Shown one piece after another: positions 1 to 11,320 of a DNA stretch of 64,000 bases. The position numbers and the translations under genes were made by a program. The notes under the pieces are model-generated. The model saw only the letters and a list, made by a program, of their open reading frames with translations. It was not told the origin of the DNA and searched no databases. Position 1 is the stretch's first letter. Every line of letters begins with the position of its first letter. The DNA is from Diplonema japonicum (Eukaryota > Protista > Euglenozoa: Diplonemea): the NCBI GenBank assembly GCA_964019335.1, contig OZ025715.1, positions 248,001-312,000 of the forward strand, given 5' to 3'.

Positions 1-1
1 C

Positions 2-754
2 GGCAAGAAATCAGGAAGAGAAGGCGACGACGCGAAGCGGAAACGGGCCCCGAACGTGTACGACCAGGAACAGTACAAGAAGAAACCGAAGCAGGGCGAC
101 GACGACGACGACGACGGGCTGAAAAAGATCGGGAGGTGGGGGGAACAGTTTGTTCACCGATACCTAACGAACCGACCCAACCCGCTCCAAGAGTGTTCTT
201 GGGTCAACGAAGTAGAAGAGACAGGCGCCTCCTATGACCTGGTCGTCAGGAAGAAGGACCCCAACACTGGCATCGTGACTGTGGTGTACATTGAAGTGAA
301 AACCACCGTCGCCAACGCGAAAATGTTCTTTTCCGTCACCCACCGCGAGCTGCAGTTCGCTCAGATCCAAGGTTCGAACTTTCACATCTACCGTGTCTTT
401 GCCGCTGGTTCCAGTAACGCTCGCATCACGATAATCAAGGATCCCATTGGCGAGGTGAGACGGGGCGCCATAGCTGTGTCGGGTGCTGTCACCATGACCC
501 TGAAACCCTTCATCGCCCGGAGCAAGATACAAGAAATCGAATCTGATGCGCTTCCCGAAATGCCAAAACCCGTGCAAACAATGGTATGTGTGGGAGGGGA
601 CGTACAATGGGGGGAAATTAAAAAAAAAAAAAAAAAAAAGGTTCTCCGCCTTACCAAAACTGACGTTTCGGACCCTACGGGGTTGAACATCAGAAAAGAC
701 CTTGTTATCAATAAGCATATTGCCGCTCCTGGGGTCACGGTATGAGCATTTAAA

Positions 755-785
<31 letters not shown>

Positions 786-929
786 CAGGCTGACGGAGAG
801 GCGCTTCCTGGGTGGAAGATTATCAGTATAAATGACACTCCGGTGGCCAACATTTCCGAGCTGAAGCAAACCCTGGCCCGCTCGGGTCTGAATCTGGTTA
901 TCTGCCTTCAAGCACCGTCAGTCAGTTAA
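2..929 (+). CDS. DUF3883 (NO VEIN C-terminal, PD-(D/E)xK-like nuclease) domain protein with C-terminal PDZ-like domain; 5' partial
   Basis: Frame open from window start. Motifs GRWGEQFV, GASYDL, YIEVKTT, FSVTHREL, FHIYRV match DUF3883. Inferred exons 2-583, 641-739, 789-929 (introns 584-640, 740-788) give a PDZ-like tail GLNI...LPGWKIISINDTPV. Confidence 0.75.
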
Positions 930-1283
930 AGGGGGGGGGCGGGAGAAATCAATCTCTTATGACACAAAACAACGCATCACTTCTTTTTTTTTTGTTTTTT
1001 CTTTCCGCTTCTTTATTTCTTCCCGTTGTAAACTCAGGTAAGCCCAAGTTCTCCGATCTGATTGTTCATTATGATTGTTAGGAATGGGAATAGTCTTCAT
1101 ATTGTTGAGATGTTTGCTCTGATCGCTTTTTGATCTCTTCCCCATTCAAAAAAAAAAAAAAAAAAAAAAAAAGGAAGAAGAAAATGAAGGGGTCAATTAA
1201 TTAATTATTCACTTCACAGGGCTTTTTTAAAAAACCTCTCAAACCCCCCCCCTTTTTTTTTACTTACACATGATTTACACTGG

Positions 1284-2405
1284 ATGGCATTTTTTGTGGG
1301 TTTAGTTGTGGTGAGCAAGGCGGCCTGCGCGGGAGGGGTTGCTACAGGAGCCCTGTCGTTGCTGTGGCAAGCAAGCGATGCGTGTATAGGAGGCGAGGTG
1401 AGGCTGACAAAGCAGGAACGGTCGAGGAGGTTGAGGAGGAAACAGTCGATTGAAATAAACAAAAACCAACAGCACAAGTGGGTGTCGCACCTGGGGAACA
1501 TCGAGGCGAAAAGTGTGCTACAGGCTTTTTGCGGTGGGGTGGTGGCGGGAACCGTTGGGGGCGCTCTCTGGACAGGCGCACACGGCGTGGCAACAACGGC
1601 CATCCCGCTCACTAAAGAACCGTGGATCACAGTAATAGAACTCGTGGGTGCAGGGCTTGTCCTGTGGACGCCAACGTTCGTCTTGCTAACAAGAACCAAT
1701 CAAGAGATCGAGCATGGCGTGCCCTTCTACTTCTTCGACGGCATGGTCTTGGGCACTGCGTGGTTCTCAGCAACATCGTTATTCGGGTTCAGATCACTGT
1801 CGAAAATGGGGCTTTGCACCACATCCGGGTTCACCGCCCTCATGCTCCTTGTTTTCGTCACGAAGTACGGTTACTACCAAAGCAGCAAACGTGTTTTGTA
1901 CACAGGGCCCATCACGACCATCAGCCACAAATGGCTTATCACAGCAGGGGTTGTGTCAGGGACGTTTTTGTCTGTAGCATTGGCTGTGACGCCGTTCTAC
2001 CATCCGGGGCAGTTCCTCGTGTGGGGGATCACCAACCCTGCCCTGATGTACACTATGTGTGTTGCCGCTGAGCAGGAAATCGAATGCGAGCAGATGGGGA
2101 ACTACCGCAAGACGGTTAACGAGGACTATCTGCAGCAGCGGCGGTTCATCAGAGCCTTGCTTCCCATGGCAGGGCTGCCCTTTGGGTACGTTGCCGACAG
2201 AGACGATGTGTCGAAAGCTGTGAAGGTTGGTCTTGCTGGGATCGGTGCGCTGGCCTTGGGAGCGAACATCTTCCTCTTCCACGACGAGTGGAACGCGTTC
2301 ATCATCGACGAGGCGAACTACGTGCCGCCCATGGACGCCATCCCCTTCGTGCCCAGCGAGGACGAACAGGACGAAGACGAAAAAAAGGAAACCCCACAAC
2401 AGTAA
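1284..2405 (+). CDS. Hypothetical multi-pass membrane protein (373 aa)
   Basis: Long ATG-initiated ORF with many hydrophobic segments, flanked by low-complexity intergenic DNA. Confidence 0.7.
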   Translation: MAFFVGLVVVSKAACAGGVATGALSLLWQASDACIGGEVRLTKQERSRRLRRKQSIEINKNQQHKWVSHLGNIEAKSVLQAFCGGVVAGTVGGALWTGAHGVATTAIPLTKEPWITVIELVGAGLVLWTPTFVLLTRTNQEIEHGVPFYFFDGMVLGTAWFSATSLFGFRSLSKMGLCTTSGFTALMLLVFVTKYGYYQSSKRVLYTGPITTISHKWLITAGVVSGTFLSVALAVTPFYHPGQFLVWGITNPALMYTMCVAAEQEIECEQMGNYRKTVNEDYLQQRRFIRALLPMAGLPFGYVADRDDVSKAVKVGLAGIGALALGANIFLFHDEWNAFIIDEANYVPPMDAIPFVPSEDEQDEDEKKETPQQ

Positions 2406-2474
2406 ATTCTTTTCATTTTCTTTTTTTTCCTTCTTTCCTCGTATTCAAACCATGTACAAGAGCAGCCTTCCACC

Positions 2475-3611
2475 ATGGACCAATTGGTTGACAATGCGTC
2501 GTTGAGAGACGCTCCCGTGCTTCCAGAAATGGTGCGGCTGCCTGGTGGTGGTGTGGTTCACGTCTTGGGATCGGTGAAGGAAGTGTTGGAAGCGTGTGAG
2601 TACGCGAGCAAGCTTCACAAAAGACTTCGAGATGCAACGTGCGACGCCGATCGCTTCACGGAGCTGAGCAACACAAAAACCACGGTGGACCTTTACGACG
2701 AGCTCCTGGACAACAAGGCCACGGCACTGCGCCACGCCATTCTATCAGAACCCCCTGTGGACGGCAGGGAGTACCTTTGGGAGGTTCTCTCCGCAGCGCA
2801 AAGCGTCCGCCGCTGGTTCATCTCCCTGCAAAAATTTTTAGTCCTGCAACTAAACGACACCATGGCAGAGGAGGCCTCCTACGCCGCGGTTGAAAGGGAA
2901 TACCTTACTACCCAAAACAACCCTAACGAGCAGCACCCGACGTTGTCTAACAAACGACACACATACCCATCTGCGAACTCGTCTGCAAGTAGAACGGACG
3001 GGATAGAAGGGCTTATCAACAACGCCTGCTACCAACTGGGGAGGGAGCGGAGACGGTTATGGCAAGAAAGAGGAATAGGTGACGACGGGAAACAGTGCAC
3101 AGAACAAGGTACAGAGGGTGGGTTATGGAGATTTTTGAAGCCGTTGAAATGCAGTTGCGGCACCGCAGGGCCGGGGTACCCTACATCGCCTCTGCTTGAA
3201 CAGCTTGTTGCCGATGTGGCGGATCTTAGACAAAAGGTTGCGAAGCATGATCCGAATAACTCGCAGGAACGGCTCATGGTGTCTGTTGTTGATGCCGCCC
3301 TTTGCTCTCTTGATCCTGAAAAAGTTCGAGATGGTGAGGAACTCCGTTTTTTCCGTTCGGAGCTTTCCAAGCTTGAGGAGCTTATCTTGGACGCCTCGGG
3401 GCTTATTGGTGTTGAAAACCCAGCCGCCGTAGCCTCCTCCCGTGTCACGCTCGGCTCCGTCAAACACGCCCTCAACGGGCACCACAAGCTCCTCTTATCA
3501 CGATTCCAAGAGTTGCAAGAGTTCCCAACCGCGAGGGACTACCAAGAACTCTTTGCACTCTGTGAGGCGCACCTTGAAACCATTCAAGACACCGAACGTA
3601 GGTTGCCTTAA
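2475..3611 (+). CDS. Hypothetical helical/coiled-coil protein (378 aa)
   Basis: Long ORF preceded by a pyrimidine tract and AG only about 70 bp after the previous stop. Confidence 0.65.
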   Translation: MDQLVDNASLRDAPVLPEMVRLPGGGVVHVLGSVKEVLEACEYASKLHKRLRDATCDADRFTELSNTKTTVDLYDELLDNKATALRHAILSEPPVDGREYLWEVLSAAQSVRRWFISLQKFLVLQLNDTMAEEASYAAVEREYLTTQNNPNEQHPTLSNKRHTYPSANSSASRTDGIEGLINNACYQLGRERRRLWQERGIGDDGKQCTEQGTEGGLWRFLKPLKCSCGTAGPGYPTSPLLEQLVADVADLRQKVAKHDPNNSQERLMVSVVDAALCSLDPEKVRDGEELRFFRSELSKLEELILDASGLIGVENPAAVASSRVTLGSVKHALNGHHKLLLSRFQELQEFPTARDYQELFALCEAHLETIQDTERRLP

Positions 3612-3915
3612 CATGTTGTATGAAGAGAGAGGGTGAGGGTGAGGGAGAGGGAGTATTTTTTTTATTCGCAACAAATCGGGGGGGAGGGGGGGGGGGGGGG
3701 GGGGGGGGTAAGTCGCTCTTTGAATTTTCTTTTAAAAAAAGAAGGAAATCAGTAGGGACGTGTGTTGAAAGTGATTTTTTTTTTGTTACTCCTATTCCTA
3801 TTATTTTAACTCATTGTCGCACCCAGCATTCGGCAGTGTTTTTGGTGTTGGCCTGGCGTCGACCCATTCCGGCGTAGTTCCCCTCATCGTCGAAGCCGTT
3901 TTTTTTTTTTTTTTA

Positions 3916-6900
3916 ACCGAGCGGTACATGCTGTCCGCCGCCGGGGTGACGAATGTGAAGCCGTTCGTAGGCAGGGGGGAACCACGGGAGCTGTCGGAGA
4001 AGATGGTGGCGGCGAAGTCGACTGGGACGTCAGGAGGGGCGGCCGCGCGGGACCAGACGATGCACGGCAACCTGAAGAGGAAGATTCAGGCTCTCAGGAT
4101 CGGGCTGAACGAGGCGCTGCTGCGGGGTGGACCAGGAACGCTGCCGGCGATGCTGCATGGGACGTGGAAGAACATCGTGAAGCTGGCCGGGAAGATGCGC
4201 CTCGGGGTCGTGCCGGACGAAGATCTCCTACGGGGACCCAGCCTGGAAGCCGCGCTGGTGGGACTGCAGGAGCTGGAGGCTGCAGCGGACCAGGGTGACA
4301 TGGAAACGGTGAAGCAGCAGCGTCTGGAGAACGAGGCAAGATACAGGAAGCGGGTGGCGGCTGATTTCCGTGACGACAGACGGCGTATCGTGGCGTACGT
4401 CAAGGGGGACAAGGAAGCCCACACACTGGCAGTTGCGAAAGAGGACAGTAGGTTGACGGTAGATCTGGAGGAGATCGACGCACTGATGAGGGGGGCGTGG
4501 GCCTCTGTCTTCCACCTGTACCCGAACAAGAGCGACCGGCCCTCCTACGCTGCCTTCAAGGAGAGGTATGGCAAGTATGTCGACGGGCACCCCATGGAAC
4601 TGGAACCGATCACGGGTGGCGACCTCAGGGAGGTGCTGAACAGTAGGCCGGCGAGAGGAACCCCGGGTGTGGACGGCTGGAGGATCGCGGAGCTGAAGGC
4701 TATACCTGACGCGCTGCTGGAGAGGTGGGCGCAGCTCTTCAACATCATCGAGGAGACCGGCGAATGGCCGGAGGCGCTACTGACGGCACTCGTCTCCCTG
4801 ATACCCAAGGGTGAGGACAGATCCCCGCTGAACCATCGGCCGATCACGGTCACCAGCGCTGTGTACAGGCTGTGGGCGACGACGAGGATGAGGCGCATCT
4901 TGGTCTGGCAGGAGTCGTGGGCGCACACGTCACAGCACGGTTTCAGGTCGAGGAGAGGGACGGACACGCTGCTGCTGGAGCTGACGACGCAACTCGAGGA
5001 AGCCCTGCTGTCGGGCACACCGATGCACGGTCTCGCACTGGACTTTGTCAAGTGCTTCGACCGCATCCCGCGGGAGGTGGCACTTGGACTGATGGGGGAC
5101 CTGGGGCTACATCAGAACATACTGCGGCCGCTGACGACGATGTACGAGTCCCTCAGGCGGAGGTTCAAGTACCCGACACGGGGTGGGTGACGAGTTCGCC
5201 ACATCGAACGGCATCTTGCAGGGGTGCCCGATCTCGGTGGTGATGGTGAACGCGCTGGTGGGGGTGATGGTGAGGGCGATCATGGCGGAGGTGCCCGGGG
5301 CAGATTCCCTGTCGTACGCAGATGACGTGTACCTGATTGCAGCTCTGCTCAGCGCACTGGAGAAGGCGGCAGCGGGGGTAGGCGAATTCTCTCTGCTAAC
5401 GGGGATGAGTCTCAACCTGAAGAAGACGGACATGTTCTCCACAGAAGGGTCCGGGTCGGTGAAGTGTGGGCGGGAAGTGCTTGCAGCCAAGACGGAGGAA
5501 GTGCTTGCAGCCAAGACGGAGATCAGCGCCCTGGGCATCAAGGTTTGCATGGACGGCGAGCACAGGGCCAAGCCCCTTGTGGGAATGGAGCGGGCGTGCG
5601 GAAGGCTGGCTGCCATGCCGTTGGGATTCTCACAGAAGGCAAGGATCATCTCCAGCTCCATCCTCCCCTCTTGCCTCTACGGTGTTGCGTATGCCCCCCC
5701 CTCGAAAGTGGATGCAGGCACAATCCGGTCGAGAGTAGCGACATGCCTCTGGGGACCGAAGTTCAAGATGCGCTCACCGTGTGCTGTAGCGAACATCTTG
5801 CTGCCGGGGCACACGACGGACCCGCTGGTGGTGACGCTTTATCGACTGTTGTGCACGGTGGTGAAGGTTGGTAGGTCGGATGCAGAGCTGTGGGACCGGA
5901 TGGGAAGGTGTGCCGCCCTGTACCTGCAGAGCGACGTGGAGGCCCAGGGACCAGTGGGAACCCTAGTGAGACGATGGCTGCCGGCGATCGGGAAGAGCTG
6001 GAGTTTTGTGGAAGGGCTGCGTACCACGACCGAGCGGGAACGCAAATACGAGATCCGCCGAGTGGCACGGGCCATGACAGCAGCGGAACAAGCAGAAGGG
6101 AGGACCTCCTACAGCGGCATGTCAGAGGGGGCCGACCCGGTCACGAACGGGTGGTGGAGGGCGCTCGCGAACAACCCGATGGCGGCGTACAGGTTGAGGA
6201 GGCTGATTGCTGGGGCGGTGTTTGCGGTGTACCCTGCGGTGCGGGGAGTGGCGGAGGGGCCAACCCGCTGCAGCACCTCTGTGACGTGTGTGGGGAGCGT
6301 TACGGCAGCTACACCGAGGTGCTGGAGCACGCCCTCTGGCGATGCGAACTCGGAGATGCGGTGCGGGGCAAGGCAGAGTATGCGAGTCTCGACCCGGCGA
6401 CCATGCCGAACGCGACGGCGCTCCACGGGATAGTGCCCAGGGGATGCCAAGACAAGCCGAGGGCCCTGTTGGTGCAAAGGTACCTGCTGGAGGTGGTCAC
6501 ACTGAGGGATACGGCGGTGGAAGCGAACCGCGCATTGCAGACGCAGACATACCCGTGGCGGGTGGTCGTGACGGGAAGGGCACACCCGACGCCGACGGTG
6601 GCCGAATTACGTGGGCTGGGGGCATCGGGGAAGGTGATGGACAGGCTGCTGGGGCCGGTGCTGAGGTGGCTGAGTGGCTTGCTGTGGGATGACGCCCCTG
6701 GACGGCACACGACGGTTACGACGCTGGAGCTTGCCCTCGACTTCGAGCGGGAGACGGAGCTGCCGCTAGACGACGGCGGGGAAGTGGGCAAGGTGGAGGA
6801 CCTGGGCGTCAAGGCAAGGAGGCTGAGGTATGTGCTGAGACGTGTCCAGGACCTGTACCACGCTGATGGCAGAAGGACGGCGTTCCCAGCAGCGCGAGTG

Positions 6901-7140
6901 GATCGCGTCAACTCCCTGCGCTGTATAGGAGGACCGACCACACACGGGTATGACAGGAGGCCAGTACTCCCGGAGCGAACCATGAGCAGCATCGAAGGCT
7001 TGCGTGACACGTACCTGTCGCAGACCCCGACAAGGCTGCCCCGCAGTTTTACCACCGCAGTAGGAACCCGCCAGAGCCCCCAGAACGGGGACAACGGGGA
7101 CTAAGAACAGCGCGGCCGGTGAGCGCAAAAACGCATACCT
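3916..7140 (+). mobile_element. 5'-truncated non-LTR retrotransposon (LINE), RT pseudogene with two frameshifts
   Basis: RT motifs LVSLIPKG, RPITVTSAVYRLW, QHGFR, LDFVKCFDRI, GILQGCPIS, YADD and a C-terminal CDVC...EHALWRC zinc knuckle, spread over three frames (shifts near 5176 and 6250). GC-rich island; boundaries approximate. Confidence 0.9.
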
Positions 7141-7149
7141 TAAAAGAAT

Positions 7150-7187
<38 letters not shown>

Positions 7188-7300
7188 TATTATTTCAATA
7201 AAACCGGGGACACAGTGAATGAAGTAAAAAAAAAAAAAAAGTTGAGGGGAGGGAGCGATTTCAAATAAATTTATAGAGAAAAAGAAAAAAAAGAAAGAAA

Positions 7301-7660
7301 ATGACGGAAGGTGGTGCTCCCCTAGATGTTGTGGCCCTTGCGATTCTAGGCCTTTGGGGTGTGATGCTGTGCTTCGTGCTCTATTCGATTGCAAGCAGCA
7401 AGTACTCCGCTTTAGCTCTGTTCACAGTGCCGGTCGGGTTATTGTCGTTGGTAGTAGTGGCCATTGTCAGCTCGGAGGTAGCTGCGTACACTCCTTTCGG
7501 TCTTTTGGACGAGTTCGCACAGGCCTTCATCCCTGCAAAGCTGAAGGCGGTAGATGTCATTTTGTCAGGACTGCTGGTTATGGTGGCCTTCGGTTTCAGC
7601 AGTGTCACTGGCGAAATCGACAAGCTGACAAGAGAACTCCTCAAAACCACACCGAAATAA
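7301..7660 (+). CDS. Small hypothetical membrane protein (about 3 TM, 119 aa)
   Basis: ATG after A-rich leader, hydrophobic segments, low-complexity flanks. Confidence 0.6.
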   Translation: MTEGGAPLDVVALAILGLWGVMLCFVLYSIASSKYSALALFTVPVGLLSLVVVAIVSSEVAAYTPFGLLDEFAQAFIPAKLKAVDVILSGLLVMVAFGFSSVTGEIDKLTRELLKTTPK

Positions 7661-7780
7661 GAGAAAACAAAACAAAAAAAAAAAAACAAAAAGTGTTGTG
7701 TTATTAAACCCCCCTCACCCCCTTCTTTTACTCTTTCTCAATATCAATGCAGCAACCCACCTCCCTCATATGAAAACATA

Positions 7781-8806
7781 ATGGACAACGAGCGTTACTA
7801 CTCACCCTTACGGCCGGAAAAGGGCCAACGACAGCTAGACGATGAAATGATGGTGTTGAAGAAAGCGTGGACGGAGCTGAAAAAATCGATGCAGGAAATA
7901 AACGAGGATGACGAAGGATCGAAAAGGATGTTGAGGGACGCCATTGAAGATGTGCGGGCAAGGCTCATAGCATTGACCAGTGCAGGGTCGGGGAGGATGT
8001 CGCCGGCTCCACCTGAACGGAGCTCGTCGGTGACACCACCGATGAAACATTCTTCGCCGAGCTGTCGGCCGGAAGATTTTGTAGAACAACCGCCGCTTCC
8101 GATGGCGAACCCTGCTAGACCAGCCACACCACCAAGCCCCCCGACGGCTCACACACCACCGCAGCGAACAATGGAACTTGAAGCATTGTACAGTGGTTAT
8201 GTCAAACCGCCGACTCCACCTGCTCGGGCTATTCTGCTGTCAACGCATCAGCCTCACGAGGCGATTCCTGCGGCGTACCGCCCGCCTTCAAACCCGGCTG
8301 CAATTCGTGTTAAAACGTTGAAAAATGTTCCAATCGCTGTGGCGCCTTATCAGCCTGCACAGTCGGTTGTTGATCCTGGCTGCAGCCCTAGTCCTCAACG
8401 TTCTGATCCAGACGTTGCACCCTTCAAGCAAGGCAATGTTGACCTCCCGCCTACAATGGAAGTGTATCTCGTTTCCTCTCAAAACGGAGTTCGAAAGTAC
8501 CATCGGCGGTATCTCCACCTCCTGGGCAACACGTGGGTTGTATTCTCGTCGGGTGAAGGTTTACACAGCAGCCTCCGGCCCAGGGAGCAGGTCTCTCTCA
8601 ATGCCGTTATCGGGTTCGCACCAGTTGACCAGTCTGGGCAAGGCTTTCACGAGACGGAACCTGGGTGGTTCCTTTTGTCCACGACGCACTCCTCTTACCT
8701 AGCCATTGCAACACACCCCTCTGAACTGCAGGCTTGGATACAATGGTTTGCATCGACACACCCTTTAGTACAGCTGGGTGCGACCGCTGCTGTCATACGA
8801 CCTTAG
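7781..8806 (+). CDS. Pro-rich protein with N-terminal coiled coil and C-terminal PH-like domain
   Basis: KYHRRYLHL...WVVF and terminal helix ELQAWIQWF resemble a PH fold. Confidence 0.6.
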   Translation: MDNERYYSPLRPEKGQRQLDDEMMVLKKAWTELKKSMQEINEDDEGSKRMLRDAIEDVRARLIALTSAGSGRMSPAPPERSSSVTPPMKHSSPSCRPEDFVEQPPLPMANPARPATPPSPPTAHTPPQRTMELEALYSGYVKPPTPPARAILLSTHQPHEAIPAAYRPPSNPAAIRVKTLKNVPIAVAPYQPAQSVVDPGCSPSPQRSDPDVAPFKQGNVDLPPTMEVYLVSSQNGVRKYHRRYLHLLGNTWVVFSSGEGLHSSLRPREQVSLNAVIGFAPVDQSGQGFHETEPGWFLLSTTHSSYLAIATHPSELQAWIQWFASTHPLVQLGATAAVIRP

Positions 8807-9606
8807 AAGGGGTAAAAAAAGAGGAAAAAAATGTGGGTTTTTTTTATTTTTTATTTATTTATTCCCCCTGTTCCTCTCCTACCCATCGTTTGTAAAACAT
8901 TGAAACTATATCACCACAAAGCGTTCCTCTTTTCTTTTTTTTTTTTTGTATCTTTTTGTTTGTTTTGTCCCCCCCCCCCCCCCTTTGTCTCCTGTCTCCC
9001 TGTCTTATTATTATGCTGTTTTTCTTTTGCATTGGTCACATCACAAGAGTTGGTGTTGTTTGTGAAATGTTGTCAAGCCCCCGGACTGATCTCCGCGATA
9101 AGTGAGGTCTCCGCGACCTTGTCCGATGGCGTCTTGACCTCCGCGGTCAGCCAGGTCTCCGCGACCTTTTTTGCCTTCCTTCACCTCCCGGATGAACCTG
9201 GTGCCTTCAGGGCTGCCAAGGAACCCTCCGAGCACTTCTGCCAATGTTGTTTTCAAGGGGAGTTGCTTTGGGGATGGCTTCGATTTTGAAGAGCGAGCGG
9301 GAGAAACTTGGATCGCCCAAATGCATGGCCTGCTCTAATTCCGAGCTCCAAGCCCGCCATCAGTTCCTTCTGTCTTCTTCACGGCCGTGTCACACCTGGA
9401 AGACGCATTCGTCATTCGCGGGGGCCTTGGGGGTGTCAATGGGATATTCTTGAACTGTAATCAGTTGAGCAGATTTCGACATTTCGTTTCCGCAAAGCTG
9501 CCTCGACTCTTTTTAGCAATAACATTCTTGTTTACACAAAATAAAAAATAAAATAAAAAAGAGGTGGGAGAGTGGGAAGGGGAAACGAGTTGGTGAGGGA
9601 AAAAAG

Positions 9607-9885
9607 ATGTCGGAAGTAAGCCCAGCTCTTCTCTCCATGTTTTCCGACAGCGAAGAGGCGAAGAAAGTGGTGGCAGCATCGACACAAAGCCACTCAACAG
9701 GGCCATCCAGACAGGCCCTGGCCCCGCAAGCCTATTTGGAAGCCACAGTGATACCAATATTGTTGCAAGGGCTCGAGGCACTCGGACAGGCGAAGGAGCA
9801 GCCAGACCCTATGAAGCGGCCAGATGATGCTTTGGAATTTCTGGCTGCGTTCTTGATTGCGAATAACCCGCAGAAAAATGGTTGA
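9607..9885 (+). CDS. Dpy-30 motif protein
   Basis: YLEATVIPILLQGLEAL...RPDDALEFLAAFLIANNP matches the Dpy-30 dimerisation motif. Confidence 0.8.
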   Translation: MSEVSPALLSMFSDSEEAKKVVAASTQSHSTGPSRQALAPQAYLEATVIPILLQGLEALGQAKEQPDPMKRPDDALEFLAAFLIANNPQKNG

Positions 9886-10022
9886 AAAAACCTCAAGAAA
9901 AATATGTCTTTTCTATGTTTATTATTTTCGCTTTTTTTTATTTTTATTTTTATTTTTATTATTATTACACAATACACAGGAGGGCGACAGAAGGGAAGGA
10001 AAAAAAGAAGAAAAAGGGAAAG

Positions 10023-11274
10023 ATGCTGCAATCCTTCCCCGGTGGGGGTAATGGCCAAGTCATGCGGGCTGCGCCAATGCAGCAGCCCATGGGCTCGGCT
10101 CCGTCCCCCTTCATGGCGCAACTCGGCCTCCCTCCTGCCATCATGGCACTCTTCGCTCCCCGACCACCTATTCCTTACAAAAAGCCCATCGAGAAGAGAG
10201 CAATGCTTCCCTACAGTGGTGTTGGCGCTTGCATCGCTTTGTTCGAAACCGAGCTTCCAAGCGATTTGGACTGCTACAGACCTCCCGAGAGCAAGAGGCA
10301 ACGGAAGGAACGGCTTCAGAAGGAGAAAAAGGTATGTTTGTGGTATCCCCCATTTCATCCTCATTACACTGCAGGCATCGAACGAGGCTGAACTCGTTGA
10401 GAAGGTCAAGTCGTGGAACCCAGCAGAGGACCCTAAGATCACCAGCGATCCTTACAAAACGTTGTTTGTTGCCAGGCTGTCATACAAAGCCACAGAGGAG
10501 CAGCTTGAGAAGGAGTTCAGTGCGTACGGCCCCATCACGCAAGTGAAGCTTGTGAAGGACAAGGAAGGGAACCCCAAGGGGTACGGCTTCATAGAGTTCG
10601 AGAGCAAGACTGACATGAACGCCGCCTACAAGTTCGCGGACGGGAAGCAGATCGGGAACAGGTGCGTCCTTGTAGACATCGAGAAGGGAAGAGCCGTGAA
10701 AAACTGGAGGCCTCGAAGGCTTGGCGGTGGTCTGGGCAGGACAAGAGCGGGCGGCAAGGGCATGAACGAGCCATCGGCAAAGAACATTGCCCCCTCCACA
10801 GCCGACTCTGGGAAGGGGAGGAGAGAGTACTCCCGTTACTCAGAAAGAGACAGGGATACTAGAGACAACAGGGACAGGTATGCACATAAATATGCAACTC
10901 CAAGCTCCCACAGCTGGCGTGGCAGAGACACCGGAGGAAGGGACAGGAGAGAAAGAGGTGCTTATGAACGCTCAGACAGGGACAGGAGAGACAGAGGCAG
11001 CGATAGATATGGAGACAGAGACAGAGAAAGAGACAGGCCTAGGGACAGAGACAGGGATAGGGGTGACAGGGACAGAGACAGAGACAGAGACAGAGAGAGA
11101 AGGGATAGGGGCGACAGGGACAGGAGGGACAGAGGTGATCGGGAAAGGAGGGGTGGTGACAGGGATAGGGATAGGGACAGAGACAGGAAGGACAAAAACA
11201 GGGACAAAGACAGGGACAGAAGGGGTGACAGAGATAGGGACAGGGCCGTTAAGGAGGAGAAGAGGGAAAATTAA
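10023..11274 (+). CDS. SNRNP70: U1 small nuclear ribonucleoprotein 70 kDa
   Basis: LPPAIMALFAPRPP, DPYKTLFVARL, KGYGFIEF, KNWRPRRLGGGLG and an RD-rich tail. Exons 10023-10331 and 10375-11274 (43-nt intron restores the frame). Confidence 0.95.
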
Positions 11275-11320
11275 GGATAGCAGCACGTGTGTAGTGTTTT
11301 TTTTTTTTTTTTTTTTTTTT

